From assembly GCA_965202915.1 (NCBI GenBank), contig OZ241847.1, positions 2,194,242 to 2,258,241 on the forward strand: a DNA stretch of 64,000 bases, given 5' to 3'. Position 1 is the first letter of the stretch, and every line of letters starts with the position of its first letter. A model generated the notes under the pieces. That model saw only the letters and a program-made list of their open reading frames with translations. It did not search any database and was not told where the DNA came from. Both the position numbers and the translations under genes were made by a program. Of this stretch, positions 1 through 9,420 are shown piece by piece. The stretch is from Gammaproteobacteria bacterium (GTDB taxonomy: Bacteria; Pseudomonadota; Gammaproteobacteria; Eutrophobiales; Eutrophobiaceae).

Positions 1-947
1 GCTGACGACAAGCCTTTTGCCAGGGTCATGGTATCGGGCTGAAAGCCAAACATGGTGGCACCAAAATCCTTGCCCGTTCGGCCAAACGCACAAATAACCT
101 CATCGTCAAGAAACAGGATATTATTATCCCGCAAAAGTCGTTGAACGCGTGGAAAGTAATCCCTGGGAGGCACTATTACGCCACCCGCGCCATTGATTGG
201 TTCAGCAATAAACGCAGCGATTGTCTCCGCTCCTTCGGTGTCGATTAATTCCTCAAGTTGATTGATCAGACGATCACAAAAAGCACTTTCCGACTCGCCA
301 TTTAAACCATTTCTATAGTAGTGAGGAGCATCTATGCGAAGTATGCCCAGAGCGTCGAATGGGAGATTAAAATGAGCATGATTTGCGGCCAGCCCGGTCA
401 GCGAAGCGGCGGCGACGGTCAATCCATGATAAGCATTATGTCGTGAAATAATTTTTCTTTTCTCAGGCGTACCCAGTATATGATTATAGTAACGCACAAT
501 TTTAACAAGTGAATCATTGGCATCGCTTCCTGAGTTGCCAAAAAATACCTTCGCCCCGCTGATATTCACCATTTCACTCAGTTTGTCAGCTAAATCAATG
601 CCCTCTTGATGTGTTTTCCCGCCAAATAAATGACTATAAGACAGGCGTTCCAGTTGCCCGGAGATGGCCTCTACCAGTTCCTCATTCCCATAGCCCAATG
701 AGGCGCACCATAATCCGGCCAGACCTTCTATGTACTTTTTCCCCTTATCGTCATATACATATATGCCCTTACCCTTAGAAAACTTTATTTGCTCCGGTGC
801 GCATAAATTAGTGCTTGGATATAAAACACTGCTCATTATATTGCTTTCCTCATATGAACAAAACCAATCGCGACGTTCAGACCAGCTTTCCGGTTTATTT
901 ATCTGTATTAAATTATAGTCATTTAATTCTTTATAAACCATCGACAT
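1..947 (-). CDS. Class III (omega-type) PLP-dependent aminotransferase. The 3' end is truncated by the window edge. The start codon is the reverse complement of 945-947.
   Basis: Reverse-strand translation from the ATG at 947 gives MSMVYKELNDY...GLWCASLGYGNEELVEAISGQLERL...FIAEPINGAGGVIVPP...LFLDDEVICAFGRTGKDFG, which fits the class III aminotransferase fold. It is not in the ORF track because it runs off the window. GC is near the backbone value. Confidence 0.7.
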   Translation of the reverse strand, partial: MSMVYKELNDYNLIQINKPESWSERRDWFCSYEESNIMSSVLYPSTNLCAPEQIKFSKGKGIYVYDDKGKKYIEGLAGLWCASLGYGNEELVEAISGQLERLSYSHLFGGKTHQEGIDLADKLSEMVNISGAKVFFGNSGSDANDSLVKIVRYYNHILGTPEKRKIISRHNAYHGLTVAAASLTGLAANHAHFNLPFDALGILRIDAPHYYRNGLNGESESAFCDRLINQLEELIDTEGAETIAAFIAEPINGAGGVIVPPRDYFPRVQRLLRDNNILFLDDEVICAFGRTGKDFGATMFGFQPDTMTLAKGLSS

Positions 948-1076
948 ATTTTCACTTAATCTGTGAATATATCTCACTGATGGCGTTCGCAATGTTTATC
1001 AGGTGGCTTGTTTAGCCTTAAAGCAGGCACAAACCCTTAGCCCACACAACCGCGCGACAGCCTTTATTCCGGGAGA

Positions 1077-1124
1077 AACATTGGCTGAACGCAACATTGG
1101 CTGAACGCAACATTGGCTCACGCC
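1077..1124. repeat. Tandem direct repeat, three copies of a 16-nt unit (aacattggctgaacgc), in the intergenic region between the aminotransferase and the first TMTC-like gene.
   Basis: Read directly from the sequence: aacattggctgaacgc aacattggctgaacgc aacattggctcacgcc. Confidence 0.8.
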
Positions 1125-1259
1125 GGCATTTGCCACGCCACCCCCTATGCCTGGCGGCATACATACCGTTGACGCATCACCATGGGGTCATTAAAATATT
1201 CCCGTGTCGCACTACGGACTGGAATCTTCCCTCACACTTAATAATGAGAATCATCAAAA

Positions 1260-3146
1260 GTGAGTAGGCAATCAAATTTCAATGCCAGAAAACGCGGCAA
1301 CAGGAACCGACGCCGGCAAGCCAAATCGCAACCGGTTTCGCCAACAAGCTCAAAGCCATCAGCGACAATATCAGCAAGGGAAAGTATCCATATTACCCCG
1401 GCGCCGCACGGGCCGGAGTCACCCGTCTCCGCCGCGGCACCGGAAGCCGCCATCGCAACCGTATTCGCGCTGCCGGCACTATGCCTGTTAATCACCCTCA
1501 GTTACCTGCCCGCAACCTGGGCGGGGTTGGTGTGGGACGACGTCGTACTGACGATGGCCCAACCGTTGCAACATCTGTCCGGCCTATGGGATATCTGGTT
1601 CGCGCCCCGTTCCCTTTCCCAGTTTGAGGGACACTACTGGCCGCTTCTCTATACGTCTTTCTGGCTGGAGAATCGATTGTGGGGCGTCACCCCGGTCGGC
1701 TATCATATTGTCAACCTTGTACTACATGGCTTGGTCACAGTACTGCTATGGCGCCTGTTACTAAGGCTGGCCGTTCCCGGTGCCTGGTTTGCGGCGGCGG
1801 TGTTCGCGGTACATCCCCTGCACGTGGAGTCCGTGGCATGGATCATCGGACGCAAGGACGTGCTGGCCTCACTGTTTTATCTGGCCTGCGTGCTGAGTTA
1901 CCTGCATTTCATCGAGGCCCGGCGGCGCCGGTTTTATGCCGCGGCACTGGCACTGTTCATGGCGGGTCTGTTGTGCAAATCCATCCTGGTCACGCTGCCC
2001 GTATCGCTACTGATCTGGCACTGGTGGCAACAGGGGCGCGTGACGCCGGCCGACGTGCGCAGAGTGCTGCCGTTCCTGCTGCTGGGGCTGTGCGTCACGA
2101 TCGCCGACGTCTTGTTCTACAAGAGCAGGGATCCCACCGCCTTTGACTATTCAATCGTTGAACGGCTACTGATCGCGGCGCAGGCATTGTGGTTCTACCT
2201 GGGAAAACTGGTCTGGCCGACGCAACTGGCGGTCATTTACCCGCGCTGGGAGGTCGGCGTCGCCAACCCGCTGGCCTGGGGGTGTTTGATGGCCGCCTTC
2301 GCTGCGGTGGCGGCGCTGTGGTTCGGGCGCCACCGCATCGGTCGGGGGCCGCTGGCGGGTGCACTGTTCTTCGTGGTGACGCTGTCGCCGACGCTGGGCT
2401 TCGTGGACTATGGCTACATGCTGTACTCCTTTGTCGCCGACCGCTACCAATACTTGGCCGGGGCCGGTGTGATTGCAACACTGGCCGCAGCCGTAACCCT
2501 GGGCATGGGCAGACTGCCGGGCGCATACCGGCGCGGAGCGCAGGGCATGGCGGTGCTGCCGCTGGCCGCACTGGGCGTCATCACCTGGAACCAGGCGGGA
2601 ATCTACCGGGACAACTACACTTTTTACAGCCACGTCCTCTCTCTCAACCCGCAGGCCCGCTTCGCCCACCACAGTATCGGCCTGGAGTATCAAAAGCAGG
2701 GCCGCCACGAAGAGGCACTTGCCGCTTTTGAAACCGACTATCGTCTTGCCCCGGAGCAGCCGTCCCCACGGGTGCGCATGAGCAAGGCCCAGACCAGCAT
2801 CGGAACGTCGCTTGCGGCACTGGGCCGGATCCAGGAAGCGGAGGAGCACTTCCGGCGCGGGGTTGAGATCGCCCCGGACTTTCCGGGGGCCTACGATCAT
2901 CTGGGCGGGTTCCTGATCACGCACAAGCGTTACCGGGAGGCCCTCGAAGTTTTTCAAGCCGTCATCACCATAACGCCCGGCAATGCAAGGTTTCACGTCG
3001 GCCTGGGGGTCTCGCAGGCGGGCTTGGGACGGCTGGATGAGGCCTTGCAGAGCTACGAGCGGGCGCTGTTGATAGACCCCTTGCAGGAGCAGGCGCTAAG
3101 CAATCGCGCCAGCCTGTTGAAGTTCAGAGAGAGTGGCGGCGGATAG
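1260..3146 (+). CDS. Membrane glycosyltransferase-like protein with a DUF1736 domain and C-terminal TPR repeats (TMTC-like, paralog 1). A GTG start is predicted.
   Basis: 628 aa. It has a K/R-rich N-terminal tail, several TM segments with GHYWPLLYTSFWLE...GYHIVNLVLHGL...AVHPLHVESVAWIIGRKD (DUF1736-like), and TPR-like repeats in the C-terminal third. GC looks well above the backbone. Confidence 0.7.
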   Translation: MSRQSNFNARKRGNRNRRRQAKSQPVSPTSSKPSATISARESIHITPAPHGPESPVSAAAPEAAIATVFALPALCLLITLSYLPATWAGLVWDDVVLTMAQPLQHLSGLWDIWFAPRSLSQFEGHYWPLLYTSFWLENRLWGVTPVGYHIVNLVLHGLVTVLLWRLLLRLAVPGAWFAAAVFAVHPLHVESVAWIIGRKDVLASLFYLACVLSYLHFIEARRRRFYAAALALFMAGLLCKSILVTLPVSLLIWHWWQQGRVTPADVRRVLPFLLLGLCVTIADVLFYKSRDPTAFDYSIVERLLIAAQALWFYLGKLVWPTQLAVIYPRWEVGVANPLAWGCLMAAFAAVAALWFGRHRIGRGPLAGALFFVVTLSPTLGFVDYGYMLYSFVADRYQYLAGAGVIATLAAAVTLGMGRLPGAYRRGAQGMAVLPLAALGVITWNQAGIYRDNYTFYSHVLSLNPQARFAHHSIGLEYQKQGRHEEALAAFETDYRLAPEQPSPRVRMSKAQTSIGTSLAALGRIQEAEEHFRRGVEIAPDFPGAYDHLGGFLITHKRYREALEVFQAVITITPGNARFHVGLGVSQAGLGRLDEALQSYERALLIDPLQEQALSNRASLLKFRESGGG

Positions 3147-3391
3147 TGCTAAAGGGCTCAAGATAAATATATTCTGCGCGGCAAAGCGGGAACATCGGCC
3201 AATAACACCGAGGAAAGGCATCACACACCACAACCAGATCGTGGCCATTCACGCCGACCAAGAGCGAATGAACCGGCAGGTACTCACACCCCACCTCAAA
3301 AGACCAGTTGTCATTGAACGACATATTCAAGATTCCGATCTTACGATTCGGATGGTTTCGGTGATAATGGTGGGCAGGGGGGCAGGGTCAC

Positions 3392-3841
3392 TCATATTCT
3401 CTTTTGTGGCTTCTCCAGCATTTTTCCAAGCTGATTCAGTTTTCTGTTAAGAAGTTGCCCGTCTTTTAGCTGACATTCCCATATCCGCAATACTTTCCAT
3501 CCGTTGTTTTTAAGCGTCTTGTTTACCAGCCTGTCACGTTTCTTGTTGGCATATATTTTTTTAACCCAAAAATCTCTGTTGTTTTGGGGAACTTGGCCGT
3601 GCTTTGGGCAATCATGCCAGAAACATCCATCCATAAAGATCGCAAGCTTACTGTTTGGAAATACAATGTCTGGCTTGCCGAAAATCGGGTATCTGCGTCG
3701 CCATCCTATCACATGATTTCGCTTCAATATTTTAAGCAGTTTCCCTTCGGTTGATTTGTTTCCAGTAGAACGCACCTTACCCATAATCCATGAACGTTTT
3801 TCTTTTGAATAGACGTCAACCATTTTTCTTGACGTTGTCAA
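3392..3841 (-). CDS. vsr: Very-short-patch-repair endonuclease Vsr.
   Basis: 149 aa. Canonical Vsr motifs are present: RSWIMGKVRSTGNKSTE...RYPIFGKPDIVFPNSKLAIFMDGCFWHDCPKH. It overlaps the upstream GHKL gene by 26 nt. GC is low. Confidence 0.9.
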   Translation of the reverse strand: MTTSRKMVDVYSKEKRSWIMGKVRSTGNKSTEGKLLKILKRNHVIGWRRRYPIFGKPDIVFPNSKLAIFMDGCFWHDCPKHGQVPQNNRDFWVKKIYANKKRDRLVNKTLKNNGWKVLRIWECQLKDGQLLNRKLNQLGKMLEKPQKRI

Positions 3842-5477
3842 GCCTAAACAATAAAAATGAAATTAGACTTAGAATATCAAGGCAACTATTTTCTGGAAAT
3901 AATATATTTGATGTTGTCCTAGGTTCATGGTGCGTTGGATTTCTGAATGCTTGCACCAAACCAACTGAAAGAAATTGTTGACCCCTTTGCATGTTAAGTT
4001 CTGTGTCGTCGGAAAGGTCTGAAATTTGAAGTATTGGAAGCCTGGTTATTGTTGTTCTCCCTCTCTCGTTGTGTGATTCAAAACTAAAAGATTTATGCAT
4101 CAAATCAGTAGATGAATAATTAACACCAGCCTTATCTCTAATTTCCCTTTCATAAATCACCACTCCCTCTTTTGCAGCATCCAGATATCGGGCATTTTTA
4201 TAATCTTCGTACAGTCGATCCCTGATAAGCTGATGCAAATTTCTCCAATGATAATAAGGGTAAGAAGGTATAAGTTTTTTAAACTCGACAAACAGCCGAT
4301 TTGATTCAATAGTTTCTATTTCAGGAAAATCTTCAATCAGTTTTTCAGTAATAACCTCAATACTATTCTGAATTTCCTCCGGCATAGAATTTTTCCAGTC
4401 TTCCAGACCAATATCGCCAAGGCTGTTATCAACCTCGGCTATTTTCTTTTCTTTACGCTTTCTACGCCAATCCAATTGAACGAACTGGACACATTTCTCA
4501 AGATATGTATGAAGTTTGCTAGTTTGTAAATACCCCCAGTTTAGGTTTTGTCTGTTAGTGGAAATTACGTCCTCTGAAAAATCTTCTATAAAATCCACTT
4601 CCAACCATCCCGTCATATAAGAAAAGAAATGACTGGACGTGCTATCAGAAAATTGATAAGGAGATTGCACGAGTTTCCCCCGCGAAAACAAAGAAATACC
4701 CCTTGAATCAAATCTTGGTGCAATGGGCTTTTCAGGCGTAATGATCTTTCCCTGAATCTCAGACCGGTGCTCATAATCTGATTCTATGTTTGAAAAATCC
4801 TCGGGGAAATTCCAAGAAAATTCTTCACCAAATGCGGAGAAGTGCATATCATTGGACAACATTACCGGGTCTTCATCGTTACGCCTTACGGTAACGGAAA
4901 AATCTTCATCGAAAATAAAAAACCTTGCTATGCTGTTGGCAAGAAATTTTTCCGAAAAATCAGATTCTCTATTGATGTTTGTAAGTATTATTTGAGTTCC
5001 GGATTGACCATCTTCAACAATTTTGTCAATTACTTGCGGGATCATTAAATATTTCCCTCTCGTGGAGTTCATTAAATCATCCCAATCCATCGTAAAAATA
5101 TTTCTTTTTCCCTGTTGAACAGTGTTTACGGTAATTGTCCGAACAATCCCAAAGAATGAAAGCTTGCCCAAACCCTTTTTACCGATAACCTTCCTACCTC
5201 TCGGAGTCAACTCTTCTCCATCTTCTCTGCGGTTTCTCCCAATAACAAGAAATTTCTTGTCAATATCATTAAAAGACATTCCTGTTCCATTGTCCGTTAC
5301 AATAATTTCTTTTTCATTAATATCATTCAACTGCACTTCCACTTTTGTGGCATCTGCATCATATGCGTTGGCTAGCAGCTCACTTAAAACCGGAGGAAGA
5401 GTTGAGTACATACGAACTCCAAGGTGCTCTATAACTCTTGGGTCAAACTTCATCGTCAATTGATTAGATTCCAGCAT
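3816..5477 (-). CDS. GHKL (Bergerat-fold, HATPase_c) ATPase of the MORC/MutL-like type with no HisKA domain. It is a candidate restriction or repair-associated ATPase.
   Basis: 553 aa. Motif I is ELLANAYDADA, motif II is VTDNGTGMS and motif III is GKKGLGKLSFFG. There is no TM segment or phospho-acceptor region. It lies in an operon with dcm and vsr. Confidence 0.75.
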   Translation of the reverse strand: MLESNQLTMKFDPRVIEHLGVRMYSTLPPVLSELLANAYDADATKVEVQLNDINEKEIIVTDNGTGMSFNDIDKKFLVIGRNRREDGEELTPRGRKVIGKKGLGKLSFFGIVRTITVNTVQQGKRNIFTMDWDDLMNSTRGKYLMIPQVIDKIVEDGQSGTQIILTNINRESDFSEKFLANSIARFFIFDEDFSVTVRRNDEDPVMLSNDMHFSAFGEEFSWNFPEDFSNIESDYEHRSEIQGKIITPEKPIAPRFDSRGISLFSRGKLVQSPYQFSDSTSSHFFSYMTGWLEVDFIEDFSEDVISTNRQNLNWGYLQTSKLHTYLEKCVQFVQLDWRRKRKEKKIAEVDNSLGDIGLEDWKNSMPEEIQNSIEVITEKLIEDFPEIETIESNRLFVEFKKLIPSYPYYHWRNLHQLIRDRLYEDYKNARYLDAAKEGVVIYEREIRDKAGVNYSSTDLMHKSFSFESHNERGRTTITRLPILQISDLSDDTELNMQRGQQFLSVGLVQAFRNPTHHEPRTTSNILFPENSCLDILSLISFLLFRLDNVKKNG

Positions 5478-5489
5478 AATAAAACTATC

Positions 5490-6530
5490 TCAGCCCGAGT
5501 AAAAAGATTTCGCTATTCTGTAAGCAAGTTGCGGTGGCACTGCATTGCCTATTAGCTTGGCTGCGATCATTGAACTTTCACACGCAAAAACATAGTCTTC
5601 GCTGAACGTTTGTAGTGTTGCACCTTCTCTTAGGGACAATCCTCTGTTCTCCTCGGGATGGGCAAATCGACCATTTGAAATCCCGTTAAATCTCGTTGTA
5701 ATTGTTGAAGAGGGTTTATCCCACCTCAATCTCCCATAAACATCCCGAAAAGAATTATCTTTGCCTTTGTAGGTGTTCAATTGAAGCTCGGGGTCGTCTT
5801 TCCATGCGCTCCTTGTCCCGCCGTCTTTGGGTGTTAGCTTGAGCCGTCTCAAATTTTTTTCGGATAACGATGAAACTGTATCCATGAAATTATTTTCATC
5901 CTTATAACCGGATTGCAGAACGGGAAATCCATTATGGGTCCCTATAAATTCCTTCAATACGGATTCTTTCTCCGGTTGGGGAAGATCAATCGATTTTTTT
6001 ACCCTGGAAGCAATCAAGATAAATCTCTTTCTGCTTTGCGGAACTCCATAATACTTGGCATTGATAATATCCTCGACAATCTTATATTCTTTTTCAAGTT
6101 TCCGACAAAATTTGTCAAGCCCACTTTCCGCTTTGTTTCTTTTTATTCCCGGAACATTTTCTATAATTACATAACCCGGTTTGTAGTAACAGACAAAGCG
6201 CCAAAAATGATCAAGCAGTCCTCTGGTGTTCTCCGATGATCTTTTGTTCGTATTCAGGGTGGTCCAGTGCTGGCATGGGCTGCACCCTATAAAGATCAAA
6301 GAGTCGTCATTGCGTTTAATCCCACAATTTTTTTCCAGAAAAGTTCGTGGTGTGTCTTCTATATCTTTTAGAAAAAATTTTGTCCCCGGATGATTTGCCT
6401 CATATGTCTCTTTACAATCCTCATCCACATCTATCCCGGCAACAACCTTTACTCCGGCCATCTTTAACCCTTGGGACATGCCGCCGGCACCGCAAAAAAA
6501 ATCAACCGCTCTTAAGGATTTTTTTCTCAT
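5490..6530 (-). CDS. dcm: DNA (cytosine-5)-methyltransferase, Dcm-type.
   Basis: 346 aa. Motif I is DFFCGAGG, motif IV is GCSPCQHWT (PCQ), motif VI is ENV, motif VIII is QSRKRFILIA and motif X is GNAVPP. Confidence 0.9.
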   Translation of the reverse strand: MRKKSLRAVDFFCGAGGMSQGLKMAGVKVVAGIDVDEDCKETYEANHPGTKFFLKDIEDTPRTFLEKNCGIKRNDDSLIFIGCSPCQHWTTLNTNKRSSENTRGLLDHFWRFVCYYKPGYVIIENVPGIKRNKAESGLDKFCRKLEKEYKIVEDIINAKYYGVPQSRKRFILIASRVKKSIDLPQPEKESVLKEFIGTHNGFPVLQSGYKDENNFMDTVSSLSEKNLRRLKLTPKDGGTRSAWKDDPELQLNTYKGKDNSFRDVYGRLRWDKPSSTITTRFNGISNGRFAHPEENRGLSLREGATLQTFSEDYVFACESSMIAAKLIGNAVPPQLAYRIAKSFYSG

Positions 6531-8872
6531 TCGCCACCGCCCAAACTGGCTATTAATGTTACTATATGTGCCGCAACCGCGGACGAGGCAGCACGCACGA
6601 CAGAATCTTCGTCATATTCCTCCCGGCCATCGGAATTATCTTCGGAGTCACTGACAAGTCTCTTATACATTGCTAATGTGAGAATGCCCACCCCCACCCT
6701 GAAGCGGTGCCTGATGATCTCTCTCTTACCCTCATCTGATTCTTTGGAAATTAAGTACAAGAGATATTTATTGGCTTTGTTCACATATATGGTTAGCGTT
6801 TCTCCTCTGGACACATGACCGCCCGACTCTTCATTGTAGTTATGTTCATCCCAATATTCTTGCTCCACCCACTCAATATTCGGAAATTCCCGAGCCGGTC
6901 TCTCTTGATTGTTTGTGTCTGTTTCATCCCCGGGCGGGTTTCTTTGAGTTTCTTCCGCACTGGCAATTTTGATCATTACGTCAAAAGTCAGAGGATCTGT
7001 TCTTTCCGGGTTTGAGTCATCAAAGCCAAACTGAACGGCAATTTCATCTCCTACTTTTGCCCCCGCGGGAGTTATGACTTTTATTCGGAATTTTCCATTA
7101 CGCAGAGAACCCGAATGTGGCAATATATCAGGTGATGGGTGAATAAACTCCCCTCGGTTGGCATCTCTTATCAAATAATCATTTTGAGCGTCTGTTCTAC
7201 ATTCAATTCGTCTGTAAGAATTTATGGGAACACTCTTAACATTGCCCTCCTCCAAGTGCGTGGGAGTTAAATATGTGGGGAACAATTTCCCTTCATATTG
7301 ATCCTCACCTCCGGATGTTGCAATCTGACTGTCAACAATACTTCCAACATCAAATAGTTCTTGAAGATCCGGATTATCTTTAACAAGATTGGAAAGAAAT
7401 TCTTTATCGGTCTGCTCTTCTATTTGCTCGCTAATACGACGGTTTTTTATTTCTCTTGCATATTCCCTAAGTTCTCCGCTCCCGGCCAAGGCATCTATAA
7501 TAATTTTCTTTAGTTCTCTCGTGAGCCCTATGTCCGCCATTCTTTCCCTGTCCGATTTAAACACGGCGGCTCGCGCCGTATTATCCATGGCATTACAATC
7601 TATTTGAACAATTAAATGGTTTCTCAAATCATCCAGTCGCGCCTTCCGCAACAGACTGGCTCTGTCCGCAGATTGGGACTGACCGTTGATCGTGTAGAAC
7701 ATTCTGTATGGCTGTTTGCGCAAATAATCCTTCATTTTCTTCAACCCAAAATAAGATATTCGGATAGTCCCCAAATCCGAATTTTCAGAATTTTCAATTA
7801 CGTTTTCCAAGTCAACTTCGCTTTCCTCACTTCTTTCATCATCGGATTTGAGCACTATATTCATACCGGAAAAAGTTCTCGGTGCAATACCCTCCGCTCT
7901 AAGACCGCTCCTTGTGGGTTGAGCATCAAAATCATAAAGACGAACAGGCAAGGCACAATTTATAAGGTTGGTCGTAAGCGCATCATATAGTCCTATATCA
8001 ACCGCACGGGCACGAGGCCCTATATCGTATTCATATAACTTCACAATGCTGCCACCATTGATGACGACACCGATATCCTCTCTGCCAAAAGCCTTGATTT
8101 CATCGGTTTCAAAACAGGCAATTTCTCCGTCGGGACAAAAATACTCAACCACTGGCAAATCCTCTCCTTCTCGAACTCCTCTTACCCTTATCAAAGTCCA
8201 TCCCCATAGACCATCCGAACCGTAAGTGGTTCTTTTGGACAGAATAAACTTATACATCCCCGCCCTGATATCTGCTCGGGTACAAAAAGGTATGGATCCG
8301 GTGCTACCCATATTAAATCGACCTTGGACAAACGGAATGCCTTCCTTATTCTTTTCTCCAAGAGATAAAAAAGTTTTTCCAAAATCTGTATGATTTTGCC
8401 CCTCACCAAAATCAACTATCGTATAGTTTGGACAAATATCATTTCTCCTTCCTGTTCTCTTAATACCAATCAAAACACTTTTTTCAGCCAGATCAGTCCT
8501 TTGATTCGGGCTTAACAAAGCCAACCTGCCTTCTTGAACTTTGGGGAAAAAGTGTTTGACAGCCTCGCTCATATCTTGGGGAGCTGATTCACCATAAAAA
8601 TCTATTTGCTCTTCCTTTGCCCTGCGCATAAGGATTGCGTCAATGGAATTAATGATTAACTCTGCCAACGCACCGACTGGTTGGCTCGTTTGGACGCTCA
8701 CCCTGTCCCAATTTTTATCCGCGCCGCCGTAAGGCTTCCAATTTTCATCAGCGCTAAATTCAGGCTGGCTTTCCATGAACCGATTAACGTCGTCGGCTGA
8801 CAAAGCACCGAGAAACTTATTCGCTATTAACTTTGAAAGTGGGCTGTTGAAAAATTTTCTCGAATCATTCAT
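6527..8872 (-). CDS. Large protein with an N-terminal GHKL ATPase-like head and a ~550-aa uncharacterised C-terminal region. It is the first gene of the low-GC cassette.
   Basis: 781 aa. Bergerat motifs are AELIINSIDA (motif I), IVDFGEGQNH (motif II) and QGRFNMGSTGS (motif III). I recognised no motifs in the C-terminal region. It overlaps the dcm start by 4 nt, which suggests translational coupling. Confidence 0.6.
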   Translation of the reverse strand: MNDSRKFFNSPLSKLIANKFLGALSADDVNRFMESQPEFSADENWKPYGGADKNWDRVSVQTSQPVGALAELIINSIDAILMRRAKEEQIDFYGESAPQDMSEAVKHFFPKVQEGRLALLSPNQRTDLAEKSVLIGIKRTGRRNDICPNYTIVDFGEGQNHTDFGKTFLSLGEKNKEGIPFVQGRFNMGSTGSIPFCTRADIRAGMYKFILSKRTTYGSDGLWGWTLIRVRGVREGEDLPVVEYFCPDGEIACFETDEIKAFGREDIGVVINGGSIVKLYEYDIGPRARAVDIGLYDALTTNLINCALPVRLYDFDAQPTRSGLRAEGIAPRTFSGMNIVLKSDDERSEESEVDLENVIENSENSDLGTIRISYFGLKKMKDYLRKQPYRMFYTINGQSQSADRASLLRKARLDDLRNHLIVQIDCNAMDNTARAAVFKSDRERMADIGLTRELKKIIIDALAGSGELREYAREIKNRRISEQIEEQTDKEFLSNLVKDNPDLQELFDVGSIVDSQIATSGGEDQYEGKLFPTYLTPTHLEEGNVKSVPINSYRRIECRTDAQNDYLIRDANRGEFIHPSPDILPHSGSLRNGKFRIKVITPAGAKVGDEIAVQFGFDDSNPERTDPLTFDVMIKIASAEETQRNPPGDETDTNNQERPAREFPNIEWVEQEYWDEHNYNEESGGHVSRGETLTIYVNKANKYLLYLISKESDEGKREIIRHRFRVGVGILTLAMYKRLVSDSEDNSDGREEYDEDSVVRAASSAVAAHIVTLIASLGGGE

Positions 8873-8924
8873 TTATGAAAATTCACCTAGGTTTTGGTAT
8901 TTAATCAGTACATATCCATAACCG

Positions 8925-9420
8925 TTAAAAATCATTCCCGGAACCAAATGGCCACCCACTTGCGGAATAGGCCCGGATGTCATCATCGCCGGCATATTTG
9001 AACCAAAAAACCGCCGCCGGCACAACCGAACATTTGCCAAGCCGGCAGTTTTCCACCACCACCTTGAGCATGGCGTATTCGCCGTTGACTTGGCAGGCGA
9101 AAGCCAGCATATCGAATGCTACTTGATACGCCAAATGATGTCGAGTTTAATATATCCAGTTTGACCATTACGCATGTCGGTGATGTCGAGATCTTCACGC
9201 AGTGCTTTATCGCCATTGGTTAGGACCATTTTGTAACTGTATTTGTCGCCGCCCGCTAGAATCGCCGGACATACGGACTCCCCGAACCAAGAATGATAAC
9301 ATTAGCTCCCTCTACAATCCAGGTATTTCCCAACGCCTGTCCTTCCAGAACACCTATCGACCAAACCATCGGTTACTGACAGAACAACATCTACGGACGT
9401 GGCGACAGCGGTAATTGGGT
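8925..9420 (-). pseudogene. Degraded ORF fragments (frameshifted remnants) at the boundary between the low-GC cassette and the second TMTC-like gene.
   Basis: Reverse-strand reading gives ...ILAGGDKYSYKMVLTNGDKALREDLDITDMRNGQTGYIKLDII* and then, in another frame, ...KVVVENCRLGKCSVVPAAVFWFKYAGDDD... The fragments are short and out of frame, and I recognised no family. Confidence 0.3.

Noticed and set aside
1077-1124. Possible CRISPR array.
   Set aside because: There are only three 16-nt units directly abutting, with no spacers and no cas genes nearby. It is a simple tandem repeat.
3816-5477. Possible histidine kinase, because of the HATPase_c motifs.
   Set aside because: There is no HisKA or phospho-acceptor His box and no TM or sensor domain. 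The motif III form (GKKGLGKLSFFG) and the operon partners (dcm, vsr) fit a MORC/MutL-type GHKL ATPase.
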